Assembly (NCBI GenBank): GCA_964016885.1
Contig: OZ024748.1
Location: forward strand, 35,340,001-35,404,000
Length of the DNA: 64,000 nucleotides
Direction: 5' to 3'
From: Eledone cirrhosa
Taxonomy: Eukaryota
Under the pieces are notes generated by a model. That model saw nothing but the letters and a program-made list of their open reading frames with translations. It ran no database searches and was not told the DNA's origin. Of this stretch, positions 40,491 through 52,949 are shown one piece after another. Made by a program: the position numbers and the translations under genes. Position 1 is the first letter of the stretch. Every line of letters begins with the position of its first letter.

Positions 40491-41529
40491 TCTGTCCAGC
40501 GGGGGGGGGAGTCTTGTACTCTCAGTAGCCACGGAAACCGGGATAAGCTCGTGACAGACCTTAGACAGACATATTAATTAATAGACTCCTAATGACCCCA
40601 TGTAGGTGAAAGAAAACTAATCAATATATAATCAATGTTATTGGGAAATACAATTTCAATACAACCACTGCAGGATTAAACTGTATTATCTCATGGAATG
40701 TTTAAAATATTGTTTTAATCTAAATAATGTTGGTTATTGTTTTAAAGATTGACTAATTTGTTAAAAGAGGGAAATATTTAGTTGTCATAACTAACTTTAA
40801 AGGTAAAGGGACGAAATACTCGCTTAAGGGGGGGGGGAGTTCTTCTCCGAAGACCTGCTGACCAGCAGAGGGTTTCTTCTCTGAAGACCTTCTGCTGTCC
40901 AGCTCTTCAGAGAGTTTCTTAACATTTGTTTGTTAAAAGCGGGAAATATATAATTGCCATAACTTATTTCCTTCAATCATAATACCAAGTTTTGTAAAGG
41001 GAAGAATTATTATGAAGCACGTGGTCTGAAGTGCTTTGGGTGAAAAACCCTTTATAAATTAAAATACAAGTTTAGATTATATGACTAAACTATAGTGCTC
41101 GTAATTATCATAATCAATATTAATTTTTGATTGTTTTTATAATTAAAATAACGTGTTATATAATAGAAAAATATCAGAGTTGGGGTTTACAGGGAACAAA
41201 AATATAATTTATTTAACTTTTCAGGTTTACGGATATTTAAAACTATTTTTTAACATAAAAGGAAAATAACATTAATTTTGATAATTACAAATACTATAAT
41301 TTTTTAATAATGGGCGGTGTGGGTGGATTTGATTTCTGGTCTTTAAATCGAAGTGCTGATCAGTTTCAAGTTACGTGAGAACTTCGACTGCTAATCGATT
41401 TTTCGATTTCTCTTAGTTCTTAAACTTTTCTGTCAAATTGGACAGGAATGATATCAGGTTTACAGATCTGAACACAGACTTCTTACAGTCAAGAATAGAA
41501 AATGAGAAAGAGATATTAGAGGAAGAATT

Positions 41530-41670
41530 GACCCCAGTACTGGACTGGTACTTTTTGATCGACCTCGAAAGGATGAAAGGTAAAGTTGACCTCGACAGGA
41601 TTTGAACTCAAAAAGAGGAAAGCCAGAATGATTACCACAAGGTATCCGACGCTCTAACGTCTTTGCCAAT
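41530..41670 (-). mobile_element. MetaSINE-like SINE copy
   Basis: GGTACTTTTTGATCGACCTCGAAAGGATGAAAGGTAAAGTTGACCTCG. Confidence 0.75.
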
Positions 41671-42166
41671 TCTCAGTATTTATATACTACGGACAAAAGT
41701 TCATTTTGTCTTCGTTTGTAACAGAATCTTATAACATTTCAGTATTTTCTATGAAATTGATCCGACAACCTTAAGACGGGGAATGTTTCGTTTGGTGCTC
41801 AAAATACCCCACTAGCAACAGGAAAAAATAAACTGCCTTTATCAGAGTGGTTGATAATAACCTTATCTATTAAGGGTTAAGGGTTTTTGTATGGCTTCTT
41901 AATGACAAACAAGCACATAGATAAAAATGAGTTTGTGTAGACGTACATATGTACTGAGATACACACACACACACACACTATATATATGCACATTAGGACG
42001 AAGCATAGCAATAACCGCGTGATAACATTAAGTAGATAAAGAGGTTGTAACTAGGCCGATAACATTATGCATGATTACAATAAGCGGCTTTCACCATGCA
42101 TATATACCTACACACACACAAACATATATATATATATGCACACATTGAAACTATATATATATGCCT

Positions 42167-42207
<41 letters not shown>

Positions 42208-42235
42208 CACACATTGAAACTATATATATATGCCT

Positions 42236-42266
<31 letters not shown>

Positions 42267-44159
42267 CACACACATTGAAACTATATATATATGCCTACAC
42301 ATCATATATATATATGCCTACACATCATATATATAAATATATATATATATATTTGCCTACACATCATATATATAAATATATATATATATATATTATATAT
42401 ATTTGCCTACACATCATATATATAAATATATATATATAATATATATATATATATATTATATATATATATATGCCCACACATCATATATATATATATATAT
42501 GCCTACACATGACATATATATATATATATGCCAACACATGACATATATATATATATATATATAGGCATACTACCACGCAAACACAGATAGACAGACAAAC
42601 AGCACATAGTAATAATACATATTATAGATATTTACCAGACGATGAAAGTGCAGTACCAACAATCAGCAACAAGAACATCAGAAATAAATGTTTTAAAAAT
42701 ACCCGAAGCAGAGATCCTATGATTTTCACTTCGTCACAATTCTTTACAAAATGTCCGCAGTGATTATTTCAAGAAAAAAAAGTTTAATCCCCGAGTAATT
42801 TCTTAACAACAGGTAAATACTCTGTTAAACATGTATATAACAAAAACAAGACAATAGTAGAGAAAGAATAAGTAAAATGGGGAGGGGTGAGGTGGAAGAA
42901 GAAGAAGAAGAAGAAATGTTAAAATTGAATAAAAAAAAAACGAGAAAAGAAAAAGAGAAATGAGATAGATAGCTAGGGATAGAGAAAGAGAGAGATTGAT
43001 AGAGCTGGAGAGAGAAGGAAAGAGAAAGGAAAATAGATATATAGATATTGATAGATAGATAGATAGAGAGAGATATAGAAGCAACTAGAAGTGGGCGGAG
43101 TTGAAACGAGATTAATTACGCCCCCCCTCCAGTTGCCTAAAAATCAAGATTAAAAAAAAAAGTTTTTTTCTCGGTTCTTTTTTTTTCATATTTTTAAAAA
43201 TAGTTTTTAATAAATGTATTTAAAACAACAACAACAACAACAACATCTAATCACTACAAGAGGATTATATATATATATAAGTAGGAGGGTTAAAAGGAAA
43301 AATATATATTTTTCTTCCTAATAATCGTCTCTTTCTCCCTGTTTTTATATATATATATATATATTTAATTTTGGCGCCTAACAATTATTTTGATTCATAG
43401 CCGATGTCATCACGTGACTCTTTATGTGGTCTGAGGGGAGTGGGGGAAGGAGGGGTGGAGGGGGTGAAACGTTGGCCGTAAAATAAAGAAGAAAATATAA
43501 AAAATGTTCTTTAGTACCTACAGTAGCCAACCTCCCCCTCCTAACTCATACTTATTCCCCTCCTCTTACTCCCACTTACCATAGTTCATTAAACTCTCCT
43601 CCCTCTCTAACACCATCGACCCCCCCCCTCCAAATCATCACCTTTTTACACCGTTTCACCCAACTTCACGCCTACTATATGTCTTGCTGAGGGTGGCGGT
43701 GGTATTGAGGGTGGTGGTGTTGAAGGTGGTGGTGATAGTGGCGGTGGTGGTGGTGGTGTTAGTGGTGATGGTGGTGTTAGTGGTGGTGATGGTGGTGACA
43801 GTGGCGGTGGTGTTAGTGGTGGTGGGTGGTGGTGTTGAAGGTTGTGTTGGTGGTGTTGGTGGTGGTGGTGTTGAAGGTTGTGTTGGTGGTGGTGGTGATG
43901 ATAGTGGTGATGGTGATGATAGTGGTGGGTGGGTTGTGGTGGTGGTGACAGTGGCGGTGCTGTTAGTGGTGGTGGGTGGAGGTGTTGGGTAACGTGATTA
44001 GGTAAAGAAAGATGGCACGAGGTTTGACGAGGTAAAACCGTACAAGATGAACTCACATCTTCCACCCCACCACATCTCTCCTCCCATTTACCTCTCTTTG
44101 CTCACGGTTCCTTTCTTAAACACACAATATATACTTATACACAACACATGTACATCTGA

Positions 44160-44202
<43 letters not shown>

Positions 44203-44207
44203 ATATT

Positions 44208-44254
<47 letters not shown>

Positions 44255-44289
44255 TTGTGTGTTTGTATATATATATATATACATGTATG

Positions 44290-44845
44290 TCGGGTCACTC
44301 TTGAGTGCTACTGGTAACATGTAACCCAGTACAACCTGTCGCATGGTCAGGTCGTCGGCGACTAAACCGGCAACCCCACCAAGTTTACTTGGTGAGGAGG
44401 GTGATTTGGACACCATGAAGGACAAAAAAACAAAACCTGACAAAGGGCGGAAGAACTCATAAGAGTCAAGGGCCATCCAAAAGTGTGTAAATATGTATAT
44501 ACACATGTACATAAGTATGTATATGTATATGTGTATATACATGGGTGCATGTGTATGTATATGCACGGGCACATAGAAAAGGTCCGGCTGGACACCCGAT
44601 CGCGCGGTTAAACCACTGGGAGTGAAGGACCCCTAGCCTTTCTCAGGGCATTCTTCTAGAAGGAAACTCAGGAAACTGGGATAACTCCGATATAAAACCT
44701 GCGGCTCAGTAGTTACCGATGATGTTGATCTTTTCTTCTTTTCGGGTTATAGCTGCTGTCGCTCAGAGAGTGGGATTGGCTCAGTGCACAGTCTTTCCTC
44801 ACTTTAAAACATATCTTCACGCACAGGCATTGCACGATATAATTA
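44290..44845 (+). mobile_element. RTE 5'-UTR-like non-autonomous element, interrupted by a microsatellite
   Basis: Colinear with 46890-47286; contains the RTE 5'-UTR-like TTCTAGAAGGAAACTC...TAAAACC. Confidence 0.6.
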
Positions 44846-44915
44846 ATTAATAATTATCAATAATGGTATAACGTGCAATGGCCATACTCGATAACGAGGG
44901 GGCAGCCATCATATA

Positions 44916-45011
44916 CAGGGTGTCCCAAAAAATTTGACATCATTTTAAAAGCAAATATCTCGAAAAATACTAAGTCTAGCTCAATGATGTCAAATATTTT
45001 GGGACACCCTG
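44916..45011. mobile_element. Tc1/mariner MITE (96 bp)
   Basis: TIRs CAGGGTGTCCCAAAA..TTTGACATCATT / AATGATGTCAAA..TTTTGGGACACCCTG, flanked by TA. Confidence 0.88.
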
Positions 45012-45074
<63 letters not shown>

Positions 45075-45077
<3 letters not shown>

Positions 45078-45123
45078 TCCTGATGATTTCTAAAGAATGA
45101 AACAGTTCTAGTCCTGTAGAATC
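45075..45123 (+). ncRNA. Compact type I hammerhead ribozyme motif in a ~65-bp insert within (TA)n
   Basis: GATTC-CTGATGA-tTTC taaa GAAt-GAAA-CAG ttctagtc CTG-TA^-GAATC. Confidence 0.8.
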
Positions 45124-45679
45124 TCATCTATATTAAAACATATATATGTATATATATATATATATATACCATGTCGACTATCACCACTAACAACAACAAC
45201 AACAACAACAACAATAATAATAATAATAAAAGTGATGTTGATGTTGATGATTACTGAAGATTTTTTATAAAATCCATAGAAAATGCTATTTTCACCATTT
45301 CTAAAAGTAGCAAAACAATTGATGCTTTGGACAGGGTCAAATAGAAGTCGTTAGACATGCTCAACCAACCGTGACACCTAAACAATCAGCTTTAGTAATC
45401 TAATGAAACCACACACCGATTGGTCGAAATACAATTTTCAAAACTTAGCATTCTGTAGCCCCTTTTTACTGTATATAAGCCATCATGTTTTAGCCATACA
45501 GTTGAAAATTTCCAACTTGACTGTCACCACTGAATATGAACCTGAAGATTGCGAAAGCATGAAAGTACTTGTTCAATTAACATCTAATATTCTACTATAC
45601 TATTTCATTATAATATCATTATAATTTTAAAGGATTGTAAATAAAACGAGTTAATCAGACAAAGTTGGAATTCCTTTTA

Positions 45680-45783
<104 letters not shown>

Positions 45784-45802
45784 TATATATATATATATAT
45801 AT

Positions 45803-46043
45803 AATGTATAAAAAACAATACAATATAATTACCTCATTACCAGAGGTTCGCCGGACGAGGCAATATATATTGCCTCGTCCGGCGAACGAATGAAGACGTT
45901 TCTTTCGTATTTGCCTTATTCGGGAAACCTCTGGTAATGAGGTAATTATATTGTATTTTTTTTTATACATTAAATTTTGCTCTGGTACTTACATAGAGCA
46001 CTCTTCACTCCTATGATTTTTTCTGTTTTCAACGGAAACTTCA

Positions 46044-46048
<5 letters not shown>
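45803..46048 (+). mobile_element. Asymmetric fold-back element in (TA)n with a hammerhead-like stem III
   Basis: Outer inverted repeat 45803-45848/45926-45971. Perfect 21-bp inner hairpin at 45846-45887. GAAA-CCTC..GAGG-TA at 45924-45944. Confidence 0.6.
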
Positions 46049-46072
<24 letters not shown>

Positions 46073-46074
<2 letters not shown>

Positions 46075-46268
46075 GGAAAATGTTCAAGACCCCGACGGCA
46101 GAGCTCAAGCCGTTTCGACCGCTATTTCGGTCCAGAAATAGCCGTCGAAACGGCTTGAGCTCTGCCGTCGGGGTTTTGAACATTTTCCTATTACCCACTC
46201 TATTACCCTAAGTATTGAGTACTCTGGTGCGTTATGGTCCATCTGGTGCCTTACCACATTTCCTTCGT
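46073..46268 (+). mobile_element. Asymmetric fold-back element in (TA)n carrying the 3' half of a hammerhead
   Basis: Palindrome 46073-46190 (loop 46129-46134). GAAA-CGGC ttgagctct GCCG-TC^ at 46147-46169. Same family at 51171-51253 and 51432-51590. Confidence 0.7.
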
Positions 46269-46280
46269 TATATATATATA

Positions 46281-46591
46281 CTGGGGATGAAGAACTCAGA
46301 GGTGTACGGGAGACTCCCAAAGGTCAGCTAGAAAGTAGCACAGGGGAGACTGAGGTTAGCTGGACATGCTCACCGACATTCAGAGTTGACACTGCACTCA
46401 GTGCTCCTGTGGGAGTCTTCTACACGGACACACTAGAAGAGGGAGACCGAGGTTGACATATATTGATGCCCTAAGGACAGACACTGGTCTCTGGGAGACA
46501 CAGGACATGGCGGCGATGATAAGGGACAGAGACCGCTGGAAAGAACTCGTCCATGGATCTCCGGAATTTTACCCGCCCTAGATAGATAGAT
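46281..46591 (+). mobile_element. RTE 3' fragment with (TAGA)n tail
   Basis: Homologous to the reverse complement of 361-700. Confidence 0.9.
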
Positions 46592-46833
46592 GTCCAAAAT
46601 GGCTGACTATATACACGCAGATGTTTTCTCTTCACTCCTCTTTCCACTCTCTATCATTCTATTTCCCCTTTTATTTCTCATTCTATTTTTTGATGAAGGA
46701 TTAGTGTCCGAAACGTGCAGACTCTTTTCTTGGAGAAGATCAATATTGGACGTTAAACCGTAGATAGCACTCTTGTTCTGTGTATGAATATTAATAAATA
46801 ATATATTAGCTCTTACATTTTCTTCTTTTTATG

Positions 46834-46889
<56 letters not shown>

Positions 46890-46890
<1 letters not shown>

Positions 46891-47496
46891 CACGTGACCA
46901 GTTGGTGCTACTGGTAACATGTATCCCAGTACAACCTGTCTCATGGTCGGGTCGTTGGCGACTAAACTGGCAACCCCACCAAGGTTTCTTGGTGAGGAGG
47001 GTGACTTTGGACCTCCCGCAGGACTAAAAACAAAACCTGTCAAAGGGCAAAGAAGCTCTTAAGAATCAATGGCCATCCAAAATCACCGGGAGGGATGACC
47101 CCTTGGCCTTTGTGAAGGCAGAATTCTAGGAGAAGGAAAACTCTGATATAACACCTGCAACCCTGATGGTATCCAATGATGTTGACTTGTTCTTCTTTTT
47201 GGTAAATATCATCTTGGTTAAGAGAGTGGGACTGGCTTTGTGCAGTGCCTTTGCTTACTATAAAAGCTTCACGGCACAGGCATTGCTTTATATCTGGAGA
47301 TCTCTCTGCACTTGTCGTCACATGGTACCATGGGCCCAGCACTATGTGTCAATAATTGTCACAAGTGTAGTGTTTGTACCAGAGTTTTCAAGTCGCTGGC
47401 TGGACTAAAAAGTCACATTCGTTCAGCGCATCGGTAGGGGTTCTCCTACATGGATATAAAGTAGTGGCCGTACTCGAAAACGAGTTGGCAGTCACC
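46890..47496 (+). mobile_element. Bipartite non-autonomous RTE derivative (5' UTR fused to a 3' end encoding a C2H2 finger)
   Basis: CTAGGAGAAGGAAAACTCTGA 5'-UTR motif. HKCSVCTRVFKSLAGLKSHIRSAHR* at 47360-47437. Flanked by (TA)n. Confidence 0.65.
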
Positions 47497-47575
<79 letters not shown>

Positions 47576-47924
47576 GATATGACAAACTAAGATACAAATT
47601 AAATAAGGATTATAGAAGATAAACTACTACAAAGGTTTCTACAAAGTCTTCCTTAATCTCCCCCTCCCTCCTCCTTCCACATCTTAACATCTCTCTCTTT
47701 AGTCTTCAAGATCTCATTAACACCTTGTAGTAGTAGTAGTAGCAGCAGTAGTTGTAGTAGTAGTAGTAGTGGTGGTGGTGGGTGCTCGTAGACAGTTCCA
47801 TCTTAAAGTACCAGTAAAATACTGGCTAGACCTTAATTCACAACACACTGGGGTTTTTCTGTGAAACATTTAGTTTGCCCAATGGTTAAGAAGTTTGCAT
47901 TGCAAACAATAAAGTGTCAAGTTC

Positions 47925-48113
47925 GATCTCTCTCTCCCTCTCTCATATACACACATACTGTCTCTCTCTCTCATACACACGCATACTGTCTCTCTCTCTC
48001 ATACACACACATACTGTCTCTCTCTCCCTCTCTCATACACACACATACTGTCTCTTTCTCTCTCTCATACACACACATACTGTCTCTCTCTCTCTCTCTC
48101 TTATACACACATA

Positions 48114-48155
<42 letters not shown>

Positions 48156-48176
48156 CACACACATACTGTCTCTCTC

Positions 48177-48208
<32 letters not shown>

Positions 48209-48298
48209 ATACACACATACTGTCTCTCTCTCTCTCTCTCTCTCTCATACACACATACTGTCTCTCTCTCTCATACACACATACTTTCTCTCTCTCTT
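47925..48298. repeat. (CT)n-CATACACACATACTGT composite minisatellite
   Basis: Direct repeats visible. Confidence 0.9.
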
Positions 48299-48542
48299 TT
48301 AGGTGCTCCACACCACCAAACAACTTAGACTTCCCACTGAGCTCCCCCCCCTGTCTCCCCCTCACACCACCAAACAAGCTAGACTTCCCACTGAGTCCTC
48401 TCTCCCCCCTCTCTCCCCCTCTCCCGCTGGAATCAAAGTACAATTCTATTTCAGTGTTCCTCCTTTTTACATTCATTGCTCTCTCAGAAGAAACTTAATT
48501 TGTCTAATTAAAGCTGTCCCGAGGACAACTCTAAATTACACG

Positions 48543-49820
48543 GCAGAGCAGAGTGAGAGAGGAGGGGGAGGGGACGAGAGAGTAGCAGAGCAGAGTGAGA
48601 GAGGAGGGAGAGGGGGCGAGAGAGTAGCAGAGTGAGAGAGGAGGGAGGGGGCGAGAGAGTAGCAGAGTGAGAGAGGAGGGGGAGGCCAAGAGAGTAGCAG
48701 AGTGAGAGAGGAGGGAAGGGGGCGAGAGAGTAGCAGAGCAGAGTGAGAGAGGAGGGAGGAGGAGGGCGAGAGAGTAGCAGAGCAGAGTGAGAGAGGAGGG
48801 GGAGGGCGAGAGAGTAGCAGAGCAGAGTGAGAGAGGAGGGGGAGGGCGAGAGAGTAGCAGAGCAGAGTGAGAGAGGAGGGGGAGGCCGAGAGAGTAGCAG
48901 AGCAGAGTGAGAGAGGAGGGAGGGGGCGAGAGAGTAGCAGAGCAGAGTGAGAGAGGAGGGGAGGGCGAGAGCGTAGCAGATCAGAGTGAGAGAGGAGGGA
49001 GAGGGCGAGAGAGTAGCAGAGCAGAGTGAGAGAGGAGGGGGAGGGCGAGAGAGTAGCAGAGCAGAGTGAGAGAGGAGGGAGGGGGAGAGAGAGTAGCAGA
49101 GCAGAGTGAGAGAGGAGGGAGGGGGCGAGAGAGTAGCAGAGCAGAGTGAGAGGGGGCGAGAGAGTAGCAGAGCAGAGTGAGAGAGGAGGGGAGGGGGCGA
49201 GAGAGTAGCAGAGCAGAGTGAGAGAGGAGGGGGAGGGAGCGAGAGAGTAGCAGAGCAGAGTGAGAGGGGGCGAGAGAGTAGCAGAGCAGAGTGAGAGAGG
49301 AGGGGAGGGGGCGAGAGAGTAGCAGAGCAGAGTGAGAGAGGAGGGGGAGGGAGCGAGAGAGTAGCAGAGCAGAGTGAGAGAGGAGGGGATGGGGCGAGAG
49401 AGTAGCAGAGCAGAGTGAGAGAGGAGGGGAAGGGCGAGAGAGTAGCAGAGCAGAGTGAGAGAGGAGGGGGAGGGAGCGAGAGAGTAGCAGAGCAGAGTGA
49501 GAGGGGGCGAGAGAGTAGCAGAGCAGAGTGAGAGAGGAGGGGAGGGGGCGAGAGAGTAGCAGAGCAGAGTGAGAGAGGAGGGGGAGGGAGCGAGAGAGTA
49601 GCAGAGCAGAGTGAGAGAGGAGGGGATGGGGCGAGAGAGTAGCAGAGCAGAGTGAGAGAGGAGGGGAAGGGCGAGAGAGTAGCAGAGCAGAGTGAGAGAG
49701 GAGGGGGAGGGAGCGAGAGAGTAGCAGAGCAGAGTGAGAGAGGAGGGGAAGGGCGAGAGAGTAGCAGAGCAGAGTGAGAGGAGGGGGAAGGGGAGATAGT
49801 AGGAGAGCAGAGTGAGAGGG
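48543..49820. repeat. Purine-rich ~40-bp minisatellite (AGAGAGTAGCAGAGCAGAGTGAGAGAGGAGGGGGAGGGCG)n
   Basis: About 30 units; ORF 48981..49898 is its by-product. Confidence 0.93.
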
Positions 49821-50663
49821 GGGGTATGAGAGAGGAGGGGGGAGTATGAGAGAGAGAGAGAGATGGGGGGGGGAATTACGGTGCTTGAAGAAATGCAATT
49901 TAGTTGAAACTATGTAATGTTACCTTTGATAAGAAGGACTGCAGTTGACGTTAATGATGATGGTGATAGTAATGATGGTGATGGTGATGATGATGATGAT
50001 GAGGAGGAGGAAGACGACGTTGACGACGATGACGACAACAACGACGACAATGATATAACACAATATGACTAAGGTGTTTGGACAGTTTTAGAGAGAAACT
50101 TGTTTGCATGTATTTCGGTGTAAAAATATTGAAGAAACTATTTAAGTAGGACTGATTCATCATCATATCACGGATGTTTTCAGTACATTTGGTCAGTGGT
50201 AATGGTCAGTGGCGAATATATGGACAATTGACAATGGACAATAGACAATTATAAGAAAATAGACAACGAAACAAATCTGCCTAAAACAGCTTTCAAAACT
50301 GTCGCAGAATTGACTGAAATCTTATTGTTTTGCTTGGCTGTGAAATATAATAGAGAATATAACAACTTATGTTTTTTTTTTACTGTTTACACAAGGTATG
50401 AAAGAAGGAAGGGCAGGGAATCTGGTTCTCTTCAGGACCTCTCAGACCGATGAGAGGGTGAGAGGGAGGTATTTTGGACCAGTGCATATATGTATATATT
50501 TGTTACTCATAGGCAGATCTCGCATAACGCAGCCTCGACAGAAGAATATTGCTCGCCTATGGCAGACAATAGATAGACCCAGGACACGATAGTCAAATAC
50601 CATTATATGGAACATTACATTCATATAACCATCTTTCTTTATCTTAATTTATATTCCTTTGAA

Positions 50664-50782
50664 GTTCCGATGAACTGCTCCAATTTTACCTAAGTTAATT
50701 ATCTTCAACTGAACCAGATCAATAATGATCTATAATCATTTGATCCAGAAACATTATATGGAGTAGCGAAACAATTGTAGAC
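50664..50782 (+). ncRNA. Hammerhead-like motif with long stem II and a core substitution (CCGATGA)
   Basis: GTT-CCGATGA-aCTGCTCCA...TGGAGTAGc-GAAA-CAATTG-TA^-GAC; palindromic stem III ACAATTGT. Confidence 0.6.
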
Positions 50783-50787
50783 AGACA

Positions 50788-50885
50788 TTGGTTGACTTTG
50801 CCTTTCATCCTTACGGGGTCGATAAAATAAAGTACCAGTAATGCACTGGGTAATTGCTGGCCTTGTGCCTAAAGTAGAAACAATT
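50788..50885 (+). mobile_element. 5'-truncated MetaSINE-like copy
   Basis: Matches the 3' half of 7432-7624. Confidence 0.85.
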
Positions 50886-51278
50886 ATTAGTATTATTATT
50901 ATTATTCTTTACATTCCTTACATTAAACTACAACTATGTTGACAATCTTTTAATAATGTCTTCTTTGTGAAATGTGTTGTCTTGATTTGCTTAACTAATG
51001 AATATTTCCAGCTCTGTGCACCTAACCTCTGCATGAACCCAGCCACCTAGCTGCCTTCCACTGCATATTGCACATTAAGCACTTGCCTTTACGCTTTCAG
51101 CTTCTAACTATATATATATATATATATGCACCGTTTATGGTTCGTAGGTAAAGCATATATATATATATATAACGAAGGAGGTAGGGTAAGGAACCAGATG
51201 GACCATAACGCACCAGAGTACTCAATACTTAGGGTAGTAGAGTGGGTAATAGGACTAAATGGACCATAACCTATACCC

Positions 51279-51351
<73 letters not shown>

Positions 51352-51389
51352 CGAGCTGAGGATCCGCTAAGGTGAAACAATTGTTCTCG
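51352..51389 (+). ncRNA. Minimal type I hammerhead motif in a ~73-bp insert within (TA)n
   Basis: CGAG-CTGAGGA-tCC gctaa GGt-GAAA-CAATTG-TT^-CTCG. Confidence 0.75.
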
Positions 51390-51431
51390 GTATGGTGAGC
51401 TAACTGTTGTGTAACCACTTCTATATATATA

Positions 51432-51590
51432 AAACGAAGGAAGTGTGGTAAGGAACCAGGTGGACCATAATGCACCAGAGTACTCAATACTTAGGGTAGT
51501 AGAGGGGGTAATAGGAAAATGTTCAAGACCCCGACGGCAGAGCCATCGAAACGGCTTGAGCTCTGCCGTCGAGGTCTTGAACCTTTCCCT
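51432..51590 (-). mobile_element. Second copy of the 46073 fold-back family (plus a partial copy at 51171-51253)
   Basis: Reverse-complement match to 46160-46268, followed by an inverted arm starting TCGAAACGGC. Confidence 0.75.
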
Positions 51591-51717
51591 ATATATATAT
51601 ATATTACCGAATCCTATCCAACGAACCATAAACTACCCTAAACATACCATCAACTACCAACCACAATTACTTAGTTAATTAATAATAATATTAAAACAAC
51701 AAGATTTAATATATATA

Positions 51718-51798
51718 GAGGGTGTCCCCCCCAAAAATGCATACACACTTCCACTTAAATATAATCGAAGAGTGTATACATTTTTTGGGAACACCCTG
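51718..51798. mobile_element. Tc1/mariner MITE (81 bp)
   Basis: AGGGTGTCCCCCCAAAAATGCATACAC / GTGTATACATTTTTTGGGAACACCCTG with TA flanks. Confidence 0.8.
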
Positions 51799-52732
51799 TA
51801 TATATGTGATAAGTTTGGAATGCTTTACTTTAAGCCAAAATGTGGAGTTGAAACCATGTATATGAATATGTATATATGTATAAATATATAAATATATACA
51901 CCAAGACACGTGTATTCACACAAATACGAGGTCACCTGATACCTTCTCACGTATATATATATATATATATATATGCATACATACTTAACATACATAGAGG
52001 CGGCTACCTGAGGCCACAACGGTTTTCTCTCACGAGATATCTCCCACACAGATAAGCGCACCACACGCACCCCCACACATTCTCTCTCTCACACACACAT
52101 ATACACATACACATGTACAGAGATAATCCGACAGCCTCATCAGGTGGGAGAAGAGTATAACAATGAAGGGACGAAGGACTAAAAACATTTGAAAGGGGTT
52201 TAGTAAGGGTGGTGGAATGTACTTAAGTAGGTGAGAGGGTGGGGTGAGAGACAGCTACTTTGTTGAATACCACAAGAAGAAGAAGAAGAAGAAGGAGAAG
52301 AAAAGGTAAGGTGATGGTGTGAGTAGGGGTGAATTAAGGGTTGGTGATGGGGTGATTTGGTGATAATGAGATCATCCAAAAAATGACCTTACCCTGCGGT
52401 AGTAAATTCTAGTTGTTAATTAGTTAAAGTGGATTAGCTGAGGTGGGGGAAAGCAGGGATATAAGATGGTGATATTAATTGTATTAATTAGTTGGGCGTT
52501 GGTAAAGACTTTATATATATTTACACAAAAAACAAAACAAGAAACAATCTGAAGATTTTGCGCCATTTTTTAAAACGAGATTTATTTTATTTTTTTTTAC
52601 TTTCCATAGATTGGCAAAATCGTTAGAATTTCTGACAAAATATTTTGTTGAAATTGTACCGTCTGAGTTCAAACCCAATCAATCATTGGAAGTCGATATA
52701 CTTCTGTCTATGTTAAAAAAATATTATTAATT

Positions 52733-52887
52733 GGGAGATTGACAGAATCGGTAGAGCGCCGAACAAAAGGCTTGGTGGTATTTAGTCACGGCTCTTTATG
52801 TTCTGAGTTCAAATCCCTCCGAGGTCAACTTTGTCTTTCCTCCTATCGAGGTCGATAAAATAACGTACCAGTCTACCACTGGGGTCG
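52733..52887 (+). mobile_element. MetaSINE-like SINE copy (older subfamily)
   Basis: AGAATCGGTAGAG...CTGAGTTCAAATCC...GGTCGATAAAATAACGTACC. Confidence 0.75.
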
Positions 52888-52949
52888 CTTCGTCTTTATT
52901 TCTTTATCACTTCCTCTCTATCAATATCTATCTCTATTTCTCCCCCTCT

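Noticed and set aside
40878-40912. CTGAAGA on both strands
   Set aside because: Simple small hairpin (CTCTGAAGA/TCTTCAGAG) with no GAAA-stem III arrangement.
43090-43420. Promoter-like motifs (GGGCGG, TCACGTGAC)
   Set aside because: Short motifs expected by chance, with no associated gene or CpG island visible.
52000-52150. Minus-strand CTGATGA-GGCTG...TAGCC long-stem candidate
   Set aside because: No GAAA follows the putative stem II; too incomplete to call.
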